Part shown: in pieces, positions 1 to 10,079 of the stretch
Layout: every line of letters starts with the position of its first letter
Numbering within the stretch: position 1 is the first letter of the stretch
Origin: Candidatus Binatia bacterium
Lineage (GTDB): Bacteria; Desulfobacterota; Binatia; UBA9968; JAJDTQ01
Reading direction: 5' to 3'
Length of the DNA stretch: 64,000 nt
NCBI GenBank assembly: GCA_963666515.2
Contig: OY762897.2
Coordinates: 4,352,001 to 4,416,000, forward strand
Notes under the pieces: generated by a model
What the model was told of the DNA's origin: nothing
The model's database searches: none
Seen by the model: only the letters and a program-made list of their open reading frames with translations
Translations under genes and position numbers: made by a program

Positions 1-1102
1 AGGCGTTGGACACCACGTAGCCGTTGAGCAGGGTCCAGATGAAGATGGGGTTGTCCAGGATCAACTGCGGACCGGGCGAGACCCCGTGCATGATGAAGAT
101 GCTCAGCAGCAGCGCCATGGCCAGGCTGCCGGGGATGCCGAAGCTCAGGGTCGTCAAGAGCGCGCCGCCGTCCTTGGAGTCGTTGGCGGCCTCGCTGGCG
201 ATGACGCCCTCGGGATTGCCCGTGCCGAAAGTGTCGGGGCTTCTGGACGACTGTACGGCCACGGTGTAGGCGATGAGGTTGGCGGTCTCGCCGCCCACCC
301 CGGGGATGATCCCCACCAGCGTGCCGATGGACGAGCTGCGCAGCAGGCAGACGGCGTAGCGGAAGTTCTCCATCACCCCCTGCCACGCGCCCCGGATGCT
401 GGCCTGGATGTTGTCCCGCGCGATGGTGCCGCCCTGGGCGGAGTAGTTGATCAGCTCGCCGATGGCGAACAGCCCCACGAAGAACGGGATCAGCGGAATC
501 CCGTCCCACAGGTACTCGCTGCCCATGGTGTAGCGGATGAGGCCGGTGGGCTCGTTGAGGCCCACCAGCGACAGCAGGATGCCGACCCCGCCGGCGATGA
601 GCCCGTTCAGCAGCGAGCCCTGGCTGACGGTGGCGGTGGTGACCAGCCCGAACACCACCAGCCAGAAGATCTCCGGGTGGCCGAAGGCGATCACCAGCGG
701 GCGCATCACCTGGATCAGCAGCGCCAGGATCACGAGCCCGAACAGGGCTCCCAGCAGGCACGCTCCGGCCGACAGCCCCAGCGCCCGCGCGGCCTCGCCG
801 CGTTTGGCCATGGGGTAGCCGTCGAAGCAGGTGGCGGCGTTCACCGGCGTGCCCGGGGTGTTGAGCAGAATGGCGCTGATGGAGCCGCCGAAGGAGCTGG
901 CTCCCATGATGCCCGAGAACAGGTAGACCGCGGTGATGGCGTCCCAGGTGAAGGTGAACGGCAGCAGCATCGACATGGCGAGGATGCCGCCGAGTCCCGG
1001 CACCGCGCCGAAGATCAGTCCGATGACGCTGCCGAAGAACAGCGTCAGCAGGACGTGCGGCTCGGCGATGGTGGCCAGCGCGCCGCCGAATCCCTCAAAC
1101 AT
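1..1102 (-). CDS. tctA: Tripartite tricarboxylate transporter large permease (TctA family), runs off the left edge
   Basis: Manual minus-strand translation from ATG at 1102: MFEGFGGALATIAEPHVLLTLFFGSVIGLIFGAVPGLGG...AILLNTPGTPVNAATCFDGYPMAKRGEAARALG, which contains the TctA signature. Absent from the ORF track because it has no stop in the window. Confidence 0.9.
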   Translation of the reverse strand, partial: MFEGFGGALATIAEPHVLLTLFFGSVIGLIFGAVPGLGGILAMSMLLPFTFTWDAITAVYLFSGIMGASSFGGSISAILLNTPGTPVNAATCFDGYPMAKRGEAARALGLSAGACLLGALFGLVILALLIQVMRPLVIAFGHPEIFWLVVFGLVTTATVSQGSLLNGLIAGGVGILLSLVGLNEPTGLIRYTMGSEYLWDGIPLIPFFVGLFAIGELINYSAQGGTIARDNIQASIRGAWQGVMENFRYAVCLLRSSSIGTLVGIIPGVGGETANLIAYTVAVQSSRSPDTFGTGNPEGVIASEAANDSKDGGALLTTLSFGIPGSLAMALLLSIFIMHGVSPGPQLILDNPIFIWTLLNGYVVSNA

Positions 1103-1148
1103 GAATACGGGTGTCCCAGGTCACGACGGCGCCACGCCACGGCGAGAT

Positions 1149-1173
1149 GTAGGGGCGGGTTTCAAACCCGCCC
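1149..1173. repeat. GTAG-type REP-like palindrome
   Basis: GTAGGGGCGGGTTTCAAACCCGCCC (GGGCGGGTTT/AAACCCGCCC stem) in the tctC-tctA intergenic space. Confidence 0.65.
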
Positions 1174-1236
1174 GCGCCAATCTCATGCGACACGGTCCCG
1201 GCCCGGCGGGGACCGTGTCGCAAGCAGGCACCCGAA

Positions 1237-2229
1237 TCACTTGATGTACTTCTTGAGCAACGCGGAGTTCTTCTGCACCAGGGCGAGCATGTCGCCGACG
1301 AGCTTGGTGGTGTCCTTCTTGCTCAGGGGCGCGACGATGTTGCCGTTGGCCTCGATCTTCTCCTTCAGCGCCGCGTCGTTGTTGGCTTTCACCAGGGCCG
1401 CCTCGATGACCGAAGCGATCTCGGCAGGAGTCTTGGGCGGCAGCGCGTAGAGGTTCTGTCCCACCAGCGAGGACGACCCCAGCTCCGGGAAGCCCTGCTC
1501 TACGCCCGTGGGGATGTTCGGGAACTTGGGATGCCGTTTCGGCAGGTAGACGACGATGGCCCTGGCCTCTTTCGACTCCACCGCGGTGGTCCAGCGCTTC
1601 ACCAGCGGCAGGTTGGTGATGGAGAAGTCGCCGCGGATGATGCCGGTGATCAGCTCGGGGCCCTTGAAGCCGGCGATGAACTCCACCGGGAAGCCCACCA
1701 GGTTGGCGGTGATGACCGAGATCGGGAACGTGTTCCCGCCGGTGCCGGTGATGCCCGCCTTGATGGGCTTCTTGGCCGTCTTCATCTGCTTGAGCGATGT
1801 CCACTGGTCCTTGCCCGCCTTGGTGGTGGCCTGCATGAAGTACGGGTTGGACACTTGGCGTCCGATCCAGGTGAAGGTCCTCAGGTCGGGGTCCATACCC
1901 CGCGCCGCCTGGTTGACGGCCTGCCCGGGCAGGTTGATGGCGGCCATGGTATGGCCGTCGGGCTTGGACCGGTTCAGGATGGTCACGGAGTTCCGGCCCC
2001 CCGCGCCCGGCACGTTGCGGATCACCACGGGTACGCCCAGAGCCTTCGACATCACCTCGGCCTGGAGCCGCGCCGCGGTGTCCATGGCGCCCCCCACCGA
2101 GAATCCCACCAGGATGGTGATGGGCTTGCTCGGCTTCCACGCGGCGGTCGCCGGCGCCGCCGCCAGCGCCAGTGACATGGCTACGAGCACCACGAGAAAG
2201 GCTTTGAACAACGATTTCGGAATTCGCAT
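1237..2229 (-). CDS. tctC: TTT substrate-binding protein (TctC/Bug family)
   Basis: Signal peptide, WKPSKPITILVGFSVGGAMDTAAR, NVPGAGG and PDGHT motifs; AAGGAG RBS before the ATG at 2229. Confidence 0.9.
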   Translation of the reverse strand: MRIPKSLFKAFLVVLVAMSLALAAAPATAAWKPSKPITILVGFSVGGAMDTAARLQAEVMSKALGVPVVIRNVPGAGGRNSVTILNRSKPDGHTMAAINLPGQAVNQAARGMDPDLRTFTWIGRQVSNPYFMQATTKAGKDQWTSLKQMKTAKKPIKAGITGTGGNTFPISVITANLVGFPVEFIAGFKGPELITGIIRGDFSITNLPLVKRWTTAVESKEARAIVVYLPKRHPKFPNIPTGVEQGFPELGSSSLVGQNLYALPPKTPAEIASVIEAALVKANNDAALKEKIEANGNIVAPLSKKDTTKLVGDMLALVQKNSALLKKYIK

Positions 2230-2447
2230 CACGGGCTCCTTTCGGTTTGACAAGGATCTTTTTCAGGAAAACACTTTCCAGACGATGGCCATTGTGAAAG
2301 CGAGGTTGAGGCCGATCATCCATTTCAGCAGTAGCAGGTCCCTTTCGAGGCGCTGAGTGTCGGCTTTGGTCGCCAATTGCAATTTCGCGGTGTCCGGCAC
2401 GTGGAAAGTCTCGCACTCCTTCGATTTCCGGTCAAGGGAGCAGAAAT

Positions 2448-3860
2448 CTATCGCAGCAGCGAGCAGTCGAAGGGCTCCAGCAGCCCTTCGATCCGCACGT
2501 CCCGCACGGCGGCTTGCGGCGGCCGAGCCCGCTGCGGATACTGCACCGGCGGCGCCGGCTTGGTGGCGTCCATTATCATGACCGCGCCCATGACCGGCTC
2601 GTGGGCGCCGTCCGGGGTGTAGGTCCAGTTGGACGGCAGCAGGTCGCCGGGGCCGTTCCAGTCCGGGATCGTCAGCACGTCCTTGTCCGGGCGCATGCGG
2701 GTTCCCACCGCCCAGGTCACCTCCGGCTCGTTGAACACGTTGATGTCGTCGTCCACCACCACCACGCAGCGGAGGTTCTCCGGCTCCGTGGCGATGGCGG
2801 CCAGCGCCGCCCGCTTGACCTCGGAGTCCCGGGTCTTGCGGATGGAGATGTAGCAGTGGGTGCGCGCGTGGGCCGGCACGTTGACGTTGACCACGCCGGG
2901 GACCGCCTCACGGACCCTGCGGTAGATGGTGCCCATGCGCGGCAGGCTGCCCAGCACCAGGTGCTCCTGGCCCGCGGGGAAGACGTCGTAGTAGATGGGG
3001 TTCCGGCGCATGGTCATGGCCGACACGTGCATCACCGGCTGCGCGCCCACGCTCACGTAGTAGCCGGTCCACTCGCCGAAGGGGCCTTCGAGCCGGGTCT
3101 CGTCCGGCAGGAGCCGGCCCTCGATGACGATCTCGGCGTGGGCCGGCACCATGAGGTCCACGGTCTCGGCCTTCACCAGCTCGATGGGCTCCTGCAGGAG
3201 CGCCCCGGCCTCGGCGAACTCGCCGCCGATGCCCGGCAGCCGCGACACCGCCCCGAGCATGAAGGTGGGGTAGTGCCCGATGACCAGGGCGAACTCGGTG
3301 GGTTCGCCCCGCTCCGAGTTGCGCCGGTAGATGTAGCCGCCGTGGTGGCTGCCCTGGATGTAGACACCGAGGGTGCGGGGGTCGTGGACTTGGTGGCGGT
3401 AGAGCCCGGCGTTCTGGGCGCCGCTGTCGGGGTCCCTGAGGATCATGACGCCGCCCGTAATGTAGGGACCGGAGTCCAGCTCGTTGTGGAACGGGATGGG
3501 CAGGGCCGACAGGTCCACCGCGTCTCCCTTGAGCACCACCTCCTTCACCGGACCGTCGCTGACGGTTTCGGCCTGGATGGGGTTGGCCTGCCGCTCGCCG
3601 TAGACCCGCGCCATGTCCGGGACGCTCGTGCCCAGCGCCAGCGCCAGCCGCTCGTAGGTGGCCGTCAGGTTGATGACCAGCGGCATGGATGACCCCTCCA
3701 CGTCGGTGAAGAACAGCGCCGGGAACCTGCCGTCCTCCCCCAGCCGCTCGGCAATGGAGGTGATGTCGAACCTGCGGTCCACCCGCCGCGTAACCATGTG
3801 GATCTGGTCCGGCGACGCCGCGGCGAGTTGTTGGATGAACGTGCGCAGGTCCTTCGCCAT
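2448..3860 (-). CDS. UbiD-family (prFMN-dependent) decarboxylase
   Basis: Starts MAKDLRTFI; DSGPYITGG, NAGLYR, EIVIEG, EGPFGEW and VVVVDDDINV motifs. Confidence 0.9.
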   Translation of the reverse strand: MAKDLRTFIQQLAAASPDQIHMVTRRVDRRFDITSIAERLGEDGRFPALFFTDVEGSSMPLVINLTATYERLALALGTSVPDMARVYGERQANPIQAETVSDGPVKEVVLKGDAVDLSALPIPFHNELDSGPYITGGVMILRDPDSGAQNAGLYRHQVHDPRTLGVYIQGSHHGGYIYRRNSERGEPTEFALVIGHYPTFMLGAVSRLPGIGGEFAEAGALLQEPIELVKAETVDLMVPAHAEIVIEGRLLPDETRLEGPFGEWTGYYVSVGAQPVMHVSAMTMRRNPIYYDVFPAGQEHLVLGSLPRMGTIYRRVREAVPGVVNVNVPAHARTHCYISIRKTRDSEVKRAALAAIATEPENLRCVVVVDDDINVFNEPEVTWAVGTRMRPDKDVLTIPDWNGPGDLLPSNWTYTPDGAHEPVMGAVMIMDATKPAPPVQYPQRARPPQAAVRDVRIEGLLEPFDCSLLR

Positions 3861-3938
3861 GGATGTGTCCTTTCGTTGTCCTTGGAAGGGCCGTTGGCCC
3901 CATCCATAACACATTCCCGTGCGTTCGCCCCTCCCCCC

Positions 3939-3966
3939 CTGGATTCCGGCTTCCGCCGGAATGACG
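3939..3966. repeat. CGTC-type REP-like palindrome
   Basis: Minus strand CGTCATTCCGGCGGAAGCCGGAATCCAG, intergenic. Confidence 0.65.
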
Positions 3967-4046
3967 AAGAGGGAGGCTGTAACCGTGACGGTCCTTGAAA
4001 TCGCGTGGCCTATGTCATAGACGGTAAAGTTTTCGAGAGACCTGCC

Positions 4047-5048
4047 ATGGGAACCTATCTGCTTCGCCGCCTGATCGGCACCATTCCGGTCATGGTGCTG
4101 ATCAGCATGCTCGTCTTCCTGTTGATCCAGTTGGCGCCGGGCGACCCGACGCTGATGCTGCTGGGCGAGGACAGCACCCAGGAGGACATCGACCAGGCCA
4201 CGAAACGGTGGGGCCTCGACCAGCCCATCTACGTCCAGTACGTCAAGTTTTTCATGTCCGCGGTCCAGGGGGACTTCGGCCGCTCCTTCAAGTACGACGA
4301 GCCGGTGCTGGACGTGATCGTCAACCGGATCCCGGCGACCCTGGAGCTGGCCACCGCCTCGGTCATCATCGCGGTCATCTTTGCCATACCCTTGGGGGTG
4401 TGGGCCGCGGCCAAGCCCAACTCCTGGGTGGACAATACCGGCACCACCTTCGGCCTGTTCGGCATCAGCATGCCCAGCTTCTGGTTCGGCATCATGCTGA
4501 TCCTGCTGTTCGCCGGCATACTCAATATTCTCCCGTCCGCGGGACGGGACACCTACGGCATCTCCGGGGAGCCCATCACCGGCTTCTACATTCTCGACAG
4601 CGCGCTGCAGGGGAACTGGGCCGGGGTGCGCGACGGCGCGGAGCACGTGTTCCTGCCGGCCCTGGCGCTGGGCTCCAACATGCTGGGGATCCTCATGCGC
4701 GTGACCCGGTCGTCGGTGCTGGAGGTCATGCACGAGGAGTACGTGACCACGGCCCGGGCCAAGGGACTGGTGGAACGCAAGGTGCTGTGGCGCCACGTGG
4801 TGAGCAACGCGCTGATCCCGGTCATCACCGTGGTGGGGCTGGAGTTGGGCACGCTGCTGAGCGGCTCGATCATCGTGGAGACGGTCTTCTCGTGGCCCGG
4901 CAGCGGCAGCCTGCTGGTCACCGCCCTCAACGCCCGGGACCATCCGCTGGTGACCGGCCTGGTGCTGGTGTACACGGCGGCCTTCGTCGCCATCAATTTC
5001 CTGATCGACGTGCTCTATGCAATCATCGACCCCAGAATCCGGTATTAG
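4047..5048 (+). CDS. Peptide/nickel ABC transporter permease (DppB/OppB-like)
   Basis: YLLRRL, APGDP, GDFGRS, YVTTARAKGL loop, DPRIRY end. Confidence 0.9.
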   Translation: MGTYLLRRLIGTIPVMVLISMLVFLLIQLAPGDPTLMLLGEDSTQEDIDQATKRWGLDQPIYVQYVKFFMSAVQGDFGRSFKYDEPVLDVIVNRIPATLELATASVIIAVIFAIPLGVWAAAKPNSWVDNTGTTFGLFGISMPSFWFGIMLILLFAGILNILPSAGRDTYGISGEPITGFYILDSALQGNWAGVRDGAEHVFLPALALGSNMLGILMRVTRSSVLEVMHEEYVTTARAKGLVERKVLWRHVVSNALIPVITVVGLELGTLLSGSIIVETVFSWPGSGSLLVTALNARDHPLVTGLVLVYTAAFVAINFLIDVLYAIIDPRIRY

Positions 5049-5058
5049 TATCGGCGAC

Positions 5059-5943
5059 ATGGGCCAGCCGGAGTCCGGGACCACACGGCGCGGCGGCCAG
5101 TGGTGGCGCCGGTGGATGCGGACCAAGGTCTACATCGGCGGCTCCATCGTCCTGATGTTCATCATCGTGGGCGCCCTCGGGCCGCTGGTGGCGCCCTATG
5201 ATCCCAACCACCAGAGCCTCGAGACCATGCTGTGGGCGCCCCAGTGGTTCTGGGGGCCCCATTTCCTAGGCACTGACAACCTCGGCCGGGACATCCTGAG
5301 CCGCATCATCTTCGGCGCCCGGGTCTCCCTGCTGATCGCCTTCGCCGTGGTCTTCATCTCCGGTTTCGTGGGCGTGATCCTGGGAGCCACCTCCGGGTAT
5401 TTCGGCGGCAACATCGACTTCACCATCCAGAAGTTCGTGGAGGTGGTGTGGGCGTTTCCGCCGCTCCTGTTGGCGCTCAGCATCATGGCGTTCCTGGGAC
5501 AGGGGCTGGGCAACCTCATCCTGGCGCTGGTGGCGCAGCGCTGGATCCAGTACTGCCGGGTGACCCGGGGGCAGAGCCTGTCCCTCAAGGCCCGGGAGTT
5601 CGTCATCTCGGCCAAGTCGCTGGGCGCCAGCGACACCCAGATCATCGCACGCCACATCATCCCGAACCTCATCCAGGTGTCCCTGGTCATCGGCACCTTC
5701 GCCATGGCCTCGTCCATCATCTCCGAGGCGAGCCTGAGCTTCCTGGGGCTGGGCGTGCCCCCGGAGATCCCCACCTGGGGCACCATGCTCGCCGACGGCC
5801 GCATCTACATCAGCACCGCGTGGTGGCTGGCGCTGTTCCCGGGCCTGTCCATCTTCGTCACGGTGCTGGGGATCAACCTCCTGGGCGACGCCCTCCGTGA
5901 CGTCCTGGACCCGAGGCTCAAGCGGGCGGGAACCGGCATTTGA
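5059..5943 (+). CDS. Peptide/nickel ABC transporter permease (DppC/OppC-like)
   Basis: HFLGTDNLGRDILSR, EASLSFLGLG, NLLGDALRDVLDPR. Confidence 0.9.
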   Translation: MGQPESGTTRRGGQWWRRWMRTKVYIGGSIVLMFIIVGALGPLVAPYDPNHQSLETMLWAPQWFWGPHFLGTDNLGRDILSRIIFGARVSLLIAFAVVFISGFVGVILGATSGYFGGNIDFTIQKFVEVVWAFPPLLLALSIMAFLGQGLGNLILALVAQRWIQYCRVTRGQSLSLKAREFVISAKSLGASDTQIIARHIIPNLIQVSLVIGTFAMASSIISEASLSFLGLGVPPEIPTWGTMLADGRIYISTAWWLALFPGLSIFVTVLGINLLGDALRDVLDPRLKRAGTGI

Positions 5944-6944
5944 CATCGTCCACGCCACGGCTCGGCATGGTGCTGTACCACGGCATCGACAGCGGCGACG
6001 AGTTGCGGAACTACGCCCGCCTCGCCGAGGAGGCCGGCTTCGATTCCCTGTGGGTGACCGAGCGCTACTTCCACGAGGAGACCTTCTCGCTGCTGGGATT
6101 CCTCGCCGCGGCCACCACGCGCATACGGCTCGGCCTGGGCGTCACCAACCCATACACGCGGAACCCGGCGCTGCTGGGCATGAGCGCGGCGACCCTGGAC
6201 CGGATCTCCGGGGGCCGCTTCCTGCTGGGCCTGGGCCGGAGCGACAAGTGGGTGATCGAGGGCCGCATGGGCATGCCCTACCAGCGGCCGCTGGAGCACA
6301 TGAGGGAAACGGTGGCGCAGCTCAGGCAGCTCCTGGCCGGCGAGCGCGTCAGCGGCGCAGGCGCGTATTGGGACCTGAAGTCCGTGCGCTTGGCGGTCAA
6401 CCCCGCGCAGGAGAACCTGCCCATCTACCTGGCCGCCATCGGCCCCAAGGCGCTGCGGCTGGCGGGTGCAGTGGCCGACGGCGTCCTGCTCAACGCCTAC
6501 GTCCCCGCGAGCTACGTGCGCTACGCGGTCCAGGAGATCGCCGCCGCGGCCCGTGAGGCCGGCCGCGATCCGGCGTCCATCGACATCGCCTGCATGTTGA
6601 TCGTGCGTCTCACCGACGATCCCGCGCGCATGATGCCGGCCCTCAAGGAGCGGATGGTGCGGCTCGTGGCCGAGCCCTTTGTGGGAGAGGTGCTGCTGGA
6701 GCGGGGCGGCTTCGATCCCGGCATCCTGCCGTCGTTGCGCGCCACCGCCGAGAATCAAGGCGAGAAGGCCGCCGTGGGCCTGATCACCGACGCCATGGTG
6801 GAGGCGTTCTACCTGCTGGGTGACGCCTCGGAGTGCCGCCGCCGGATTGCCGAATACCGTGAAGCCGGGGTGGACCATCCGCTGCTGCTGCCCCGGCTGG
6901 AGGACTACGAGCGCGCCGTCGAGGCCCTCGGGCCGCGCCTGTAA
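5940..6944 (+). CDS. LLM-class flavin/F420-dependent oxidoreductase
   Basis: AEEAGFDSLW, ATTRIRLG, ATLDRISGGRFLLGLG, ALRLAGAVADG. Confidence 0.85.
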   Translation: MTSSTPRLGMVLYHGIDSGDELRNYARLAEEAGFDSLWVTERYFHEETFSLLGFLAAATTRIRLGLGVTNPYTRNPALLGMSAATLDRISGGRFLLGLGRSDKWVIEGRMGMPYQRPLEHMRETVAQLRQLLAGERVSGAGAYWDLKSVRLAVNPAQENLPIYLAAIGPKALRLAGAVADGVLLNAYVPASYVRYAVQEIAAAAREAGRDPASIDIACMLIVRLTDDPARMMPALKERMVRLVAEPFVGEVLLERGGFDPGILPSLRATAENQGEKAAVGLITDAMVEAFYLLGDASECRRRIAEYREAGVDHPLLLPRLEDYERAVEALGPRL

Positions 6945-7019
6945 GGGACGGGCCGCCCCGTGCATGGCCCGACAGCGACACAAAACCACCTGTCCAGATG
7001 ATAAGACTTTAACATTCAT

Positions 7020-8330
7020 ATGATAAACACCGACCCTCACGCGCCGCACCCGCGGCCCCGCAACCCGCTCAACGTCCGGTTCTTCTACGGCTGGGTCGTG
7101 GTGGCGACGACCTTCACGGCGTCGCTTCTGGCCGCGGGCATCCGCGCCGCGCCCCAGACCTTCGTGCGCCCGCTGGAAGCGGAGTTCGGCTGGGGGCGCG
7201 GAGCGATAAACGCCGCCGTAAGCATCAACCTGGTGCTCTACGGCGCCATCGGCCCATTCGCCGGGCGCGTCCAGGATCGCCGGGGGCCGCGGGTGGTGAT
7301 GCTCGTGGCGCTGGCGCTGCTGGCGTTGGGGGCGGGGGCCACCGCGTCCATCAACCGCCTGTGGGAGTTCTTGCTGGTGTGGGGGTTGATCGTCGGCACC
7401 GGCGCGGGCGGCATCTCGTCGGTGCTGGCCGCCAGCGTGGCCCATCGCTGGTTCGTGCGCCATCGCGGCGTGGTGCTGGGCCTGTTGAACAGCGCCGGCT
7501 CCACCGGGCAGCTCATCTTCATCCCGGTAGTGCTGGGCATGGTCGTGGCCTGGGGCTGGCGCGTCGCCGCCATGACCCTTTCGAGCCTGGGGGTGGTGGC
7601 CTTCGTGCTGGTGTGGTGGCTCATGCGCAACGATCCGGCCGAGGTCGGGGACGAGGCGCTGGGCGAATCGGAGGCCAATGCCTCCGCGGCGGCGCAGCCG
7701 GGCGGCGTCCCGCCGGTCACCGCCACCACGGTGCGGGACGCGGTCCGGACGCGGACGTTCTGGCTCCTGGCCGGCGGCTACGCCATCTGCGGCGGGACGT
7801 CCAACGGCCTCATCGGCGCCAACATGATCCCGCACGCCCTGGACATCGGCATCAGCCACCAGGTGGCCAGCGTGACCGTGGGGATCATGGCCGGCCTGAA
7901 CTTCGTCGGCACCATGGGGGCCGGGTGGCTCTGCGACCGCATGGACCCGCGCAAGGTGCTGGCCTGGATCTACGCTCTGCGGGCGGTGTCGCTGTTCATC
8001 CTGCCGTCGGTCACCGGCCCCGCCGGCATGTTCGTCTTCGCGGTGATCTACGGTCTGGACTGGTTCGCCACGGTGCCGCCGGTGGTGGCCATCGCCGGCA
8101 ACACCTTCGGCAAGAACTCGGTGGGCAGCATCTACGGCCTGATCTTCCTGGCGCACCAACTGGGCGGCGCCGCCATGGCCCAGGGCAGCGGCATCGCCTA
8201 CGACGTGTTCGGCGACTACGTTCCGTCGTTCCTCACCGGCGCGGTGCTGGCCGTGCTGGCCGCGGGCATGTCGATGGCCATCGCCAAGGACCCGCCACGG
8301 CCGACGTTGTCCGCGCCTCAGCCGGCGTGA
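7020..8330 (+). CDS. MFS transporter
   Basis: About 12 hydrophobic segments; GRVQDRRGPR motif A; YGLDWFATVPP. Confidence 0.9.
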   Translation: MINTDPHAPHPRPRNPLNVRFFYGWVVVATTFTASLLAAGIRAAPQTFVRPLEAEFGWGRGAINAAVSINLVLYGAIGPFAGRVQDRRGPRVVMLVALALLALGAGATASINRLWEFLLVWGLIVGTGAGGISSVLAASVAHRWFVRHRGVVLGLLNSAGSTGQLIFIPVVLGMVVAWGWRVAAMTLSSLGVVAFVLVWWLMRNDPAEVGDEALGESEANASAAAQPGGVPPVTATTVRDAVRTRTFWLLAGGYAICGGTSNGLIGANMIPHALDIGISHQVASVTVGIMAGLNFVGTMGAGWLCDRMDPRKVLAWIYALRAVSLFILPSVTGPAGMFVFAVIYGLDWFATVPPVVAIAGNTFGKNSVGSIYGLIFLAHQLGGAAMAQGSGIAYDVFGDYVPSFLTGAVLAVLAAGMSMAIAKDPPRPTLSAPQPA

Positions 8331-8341
8331 TGGAGAACCCC

Positions 8342-9514
8342 ATGTCTTGTGATCCCGACTACCTCAGCTTTTCCGGTGCCGAGTACCAGCGCCGCAACGC
8401 GGCCGTGCAGGCGCGCATGGACCGCATGGGCCTTGACGCCGTGGTGTTCTACGGCAGCCGCACGGCGCCGGACATCCACTACCTGTGCAACTGGCTCACC
8501 ACCAGCGAGGCGTATTTCATCTACCCGCGCCGGGGAGAGCCCACGCTCTTCGTGCAGCTTTCCAACCACCTGCCCAACGCCAAGCGCATGGCCGTCATCG
8601 ACGACGTGCGCTTCGGCGGCTCCAGCCCCACGGGCTCGGTGGACTCGGTGCCGCGGGTGCTGGAAAACCTGAAGGACCGGGGCCTGGAGAAGGGCTCGGT
8701 GGGCCTGTGCGGCAGCGTTCCCTACCGGCACTACCTGCGGCTCGTGGAGGCGTTGCCCGGGGTGGAGTGGAAGGACTTCAGCGCCCAGATGCGCGATCAG
8801 AGGCAGGTCAAGAGCGCCGAGGAGATCGAGCGCCTGCGCGCGGCCGCGGCCATGAGCGACGACTCGGTGGCGGCTCTGAGGGAGCGGGCGCGCCCCGGCA
8901 TCCCCGAGCACGAGCTGGCCCGGATCGTCGAGGACGTCTACCTGGGCAAGGGCGGCATAAACGGCATCCACTTCATGATCACCACCTCCATGCACGACCC
9001 CAGGGGCGGCGTGCCGCAACAGCACCTGTCCAACCGCGTCCTCCAGAAGGGCGACGTGCTGGTCACCGAGATCAGCACCAACTACGCCGGCTACACCGGG
9101 CAGGTCCTGCGCACCTTCACCATCGGCGAGGAGCCCACCCCCGAATACAAGCGCCTCCACGACGCGGCCATGGAGGCCTTCGACCGCATCGCCGGCGTCA
9201 TCAGGGCGGGCGCCGGAACCGCGGAGGTGCTGGAGGCCGCGGACGTGGTCCACGAACGGGGCTTCACGGTCTACGACGACGTGGTCCACGGCGCCAGCCA
9301 GTTGCCCCCCATCCTGCGGACGTCCAGGACCAGCCGCGGGGCGCCGCCCGACTTCCGCTTCGAGACCGACATGTGCCTGGTGATCCAACCGAACGTGGTC
9401 ACGGAAGACGGCCTGCGCGGCGTCCAGTTCGGCGAGATGATGCGGGTGACCGGCGCCGGGCTGGAGAAGATGCACGACTGCCCGCGAGAGCTTATCGTGT
9501 GCCGCAACGGCTGA
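8342..9514 (+). CDS. M24/creatinase-family (pita-bread fold) hydrolase
   Basis: Creatinase-like N-domain, RQVKSAEEIERLR, ARPGIPEHEL, VLRTFTIG; GGAGA RBS. Alternative start at 8330. Confidence 0.8.
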   Translation: MSCDPDYLSFSGAEYQRRNAAVQARMDRMGLDAVVFYGSRTAPDIHYLCNWLTTSEAYFIYPRRGEPTLFVQLSNHLPNAKRMAVIDDVRFGGSSPTGSVDSVPRVLENLKDRGLEKGSVGLCGSVPYRHYLRLVEALPGVEWKDFSAQMRDQRQVKSAEEIERLRAAAAMSDDSVAALRERARPGIPEHELARIVEDVYLGKGGINGIHFMITTSMHDPRGGVPQQHLSNRVLQKGDVLVTEISTNYAGYTGQVLRTFTIGEEPTPEYKRLHDAAMEAFDRIAGVIRAGAGTAEVLEAADVVHERGFTVYDDVVHGASQLPPILRTSRTSRGAPPDFRFETDMCLVIQPNVVTEDGLRGVQFGEMMRVTGAGLEKMHDCPRELIVCRNG

Positions 9515-9522
9515 CCGTTCGC
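9461..9522 (+). repeat. 62-bp direct repeat, copy 1 (3' end of the M24 gene)
   Basis: 61/62 identical to 10761-10822. Confidence 0.95.
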
Positions 9523-10077
9523 TTAGTGAAACGCTCTCAATGCTTCTGCTTTATCGTCTGCAGCTTGCTTCAAATCACTCAACCAGCGAATCAACCGCTG
9601 GAAACTACCGTCGATCAGATCAATCAAGAGAAAAATCGGATAAAGAACCGTAAATGCCCAAAAAAGCGGCGATCGCACTAGCATATGACGCAATTGGACC
9701 TGGATTGCCTGGGCGTAGATAGCTTGTAGTTGTGTCCTGAGTCCCTCATTGTCGATCTCGTTGATTTCATCGCCAAGGGTCCTTGTCTTCGGCACAGCAC
9801 CCCCATTGGCGATCAACATAGCGATCATGTCACCGAAAAGATTGACGTGTGCCCACCGTATTCGGTTGTTCAACCATTCCCGCAACGCTCGGTAGAGTGG
9901 ATCATCAAAGCTGATATGACCATTCACGGCGAGCATAAACAGCCGGTTTCTGAGTTCAAAATGCCGGTGTCTGGCAACGTCCATACAGAATGTCTGCCAG
10001 GGATGGGCAAAGAACCAGATAAGCACCGCCACGACAAGCAAGAACTCAACGGCATAATAGAATTCGTCAGGTGCCAT
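9523..10077 (-). CDS. Hypothetical membrane protein (lower-GC cassette)
   Basis: 184-aa ORF with N- and C-terminal hydrophobic segments; 2 nt from the upstream ORF. Confidence 0.7.
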   Translation of the reverse strand: MAPDEFYYAVEFLLVVAVLIWFFAHPWQTFCMDVARHRHFELRNRLFMLAVNGHISFDDPLYRALREWLNNRIRWAHVNLFGDMIAMLIANGGAVPKTRTLGDEINEIDNEGLRTQLQAIYAQAIQVQLRHMLVRSPLFWAFTVLYPIFLLIDLIDGSFQRLIRWLSDLKQAADDKAEALRAFH

Positions 10078-10079
10078 AG

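Noticed and set aside
3861-5126. N-terminal extension of the UbiD ORF (892 aa in the track); likewise the extensions of 7361-9514, 52665-54335 and 53072-55105
   Set aside because: The extensions overlap other real genes; homology-like sequence begins at internal ATGs.
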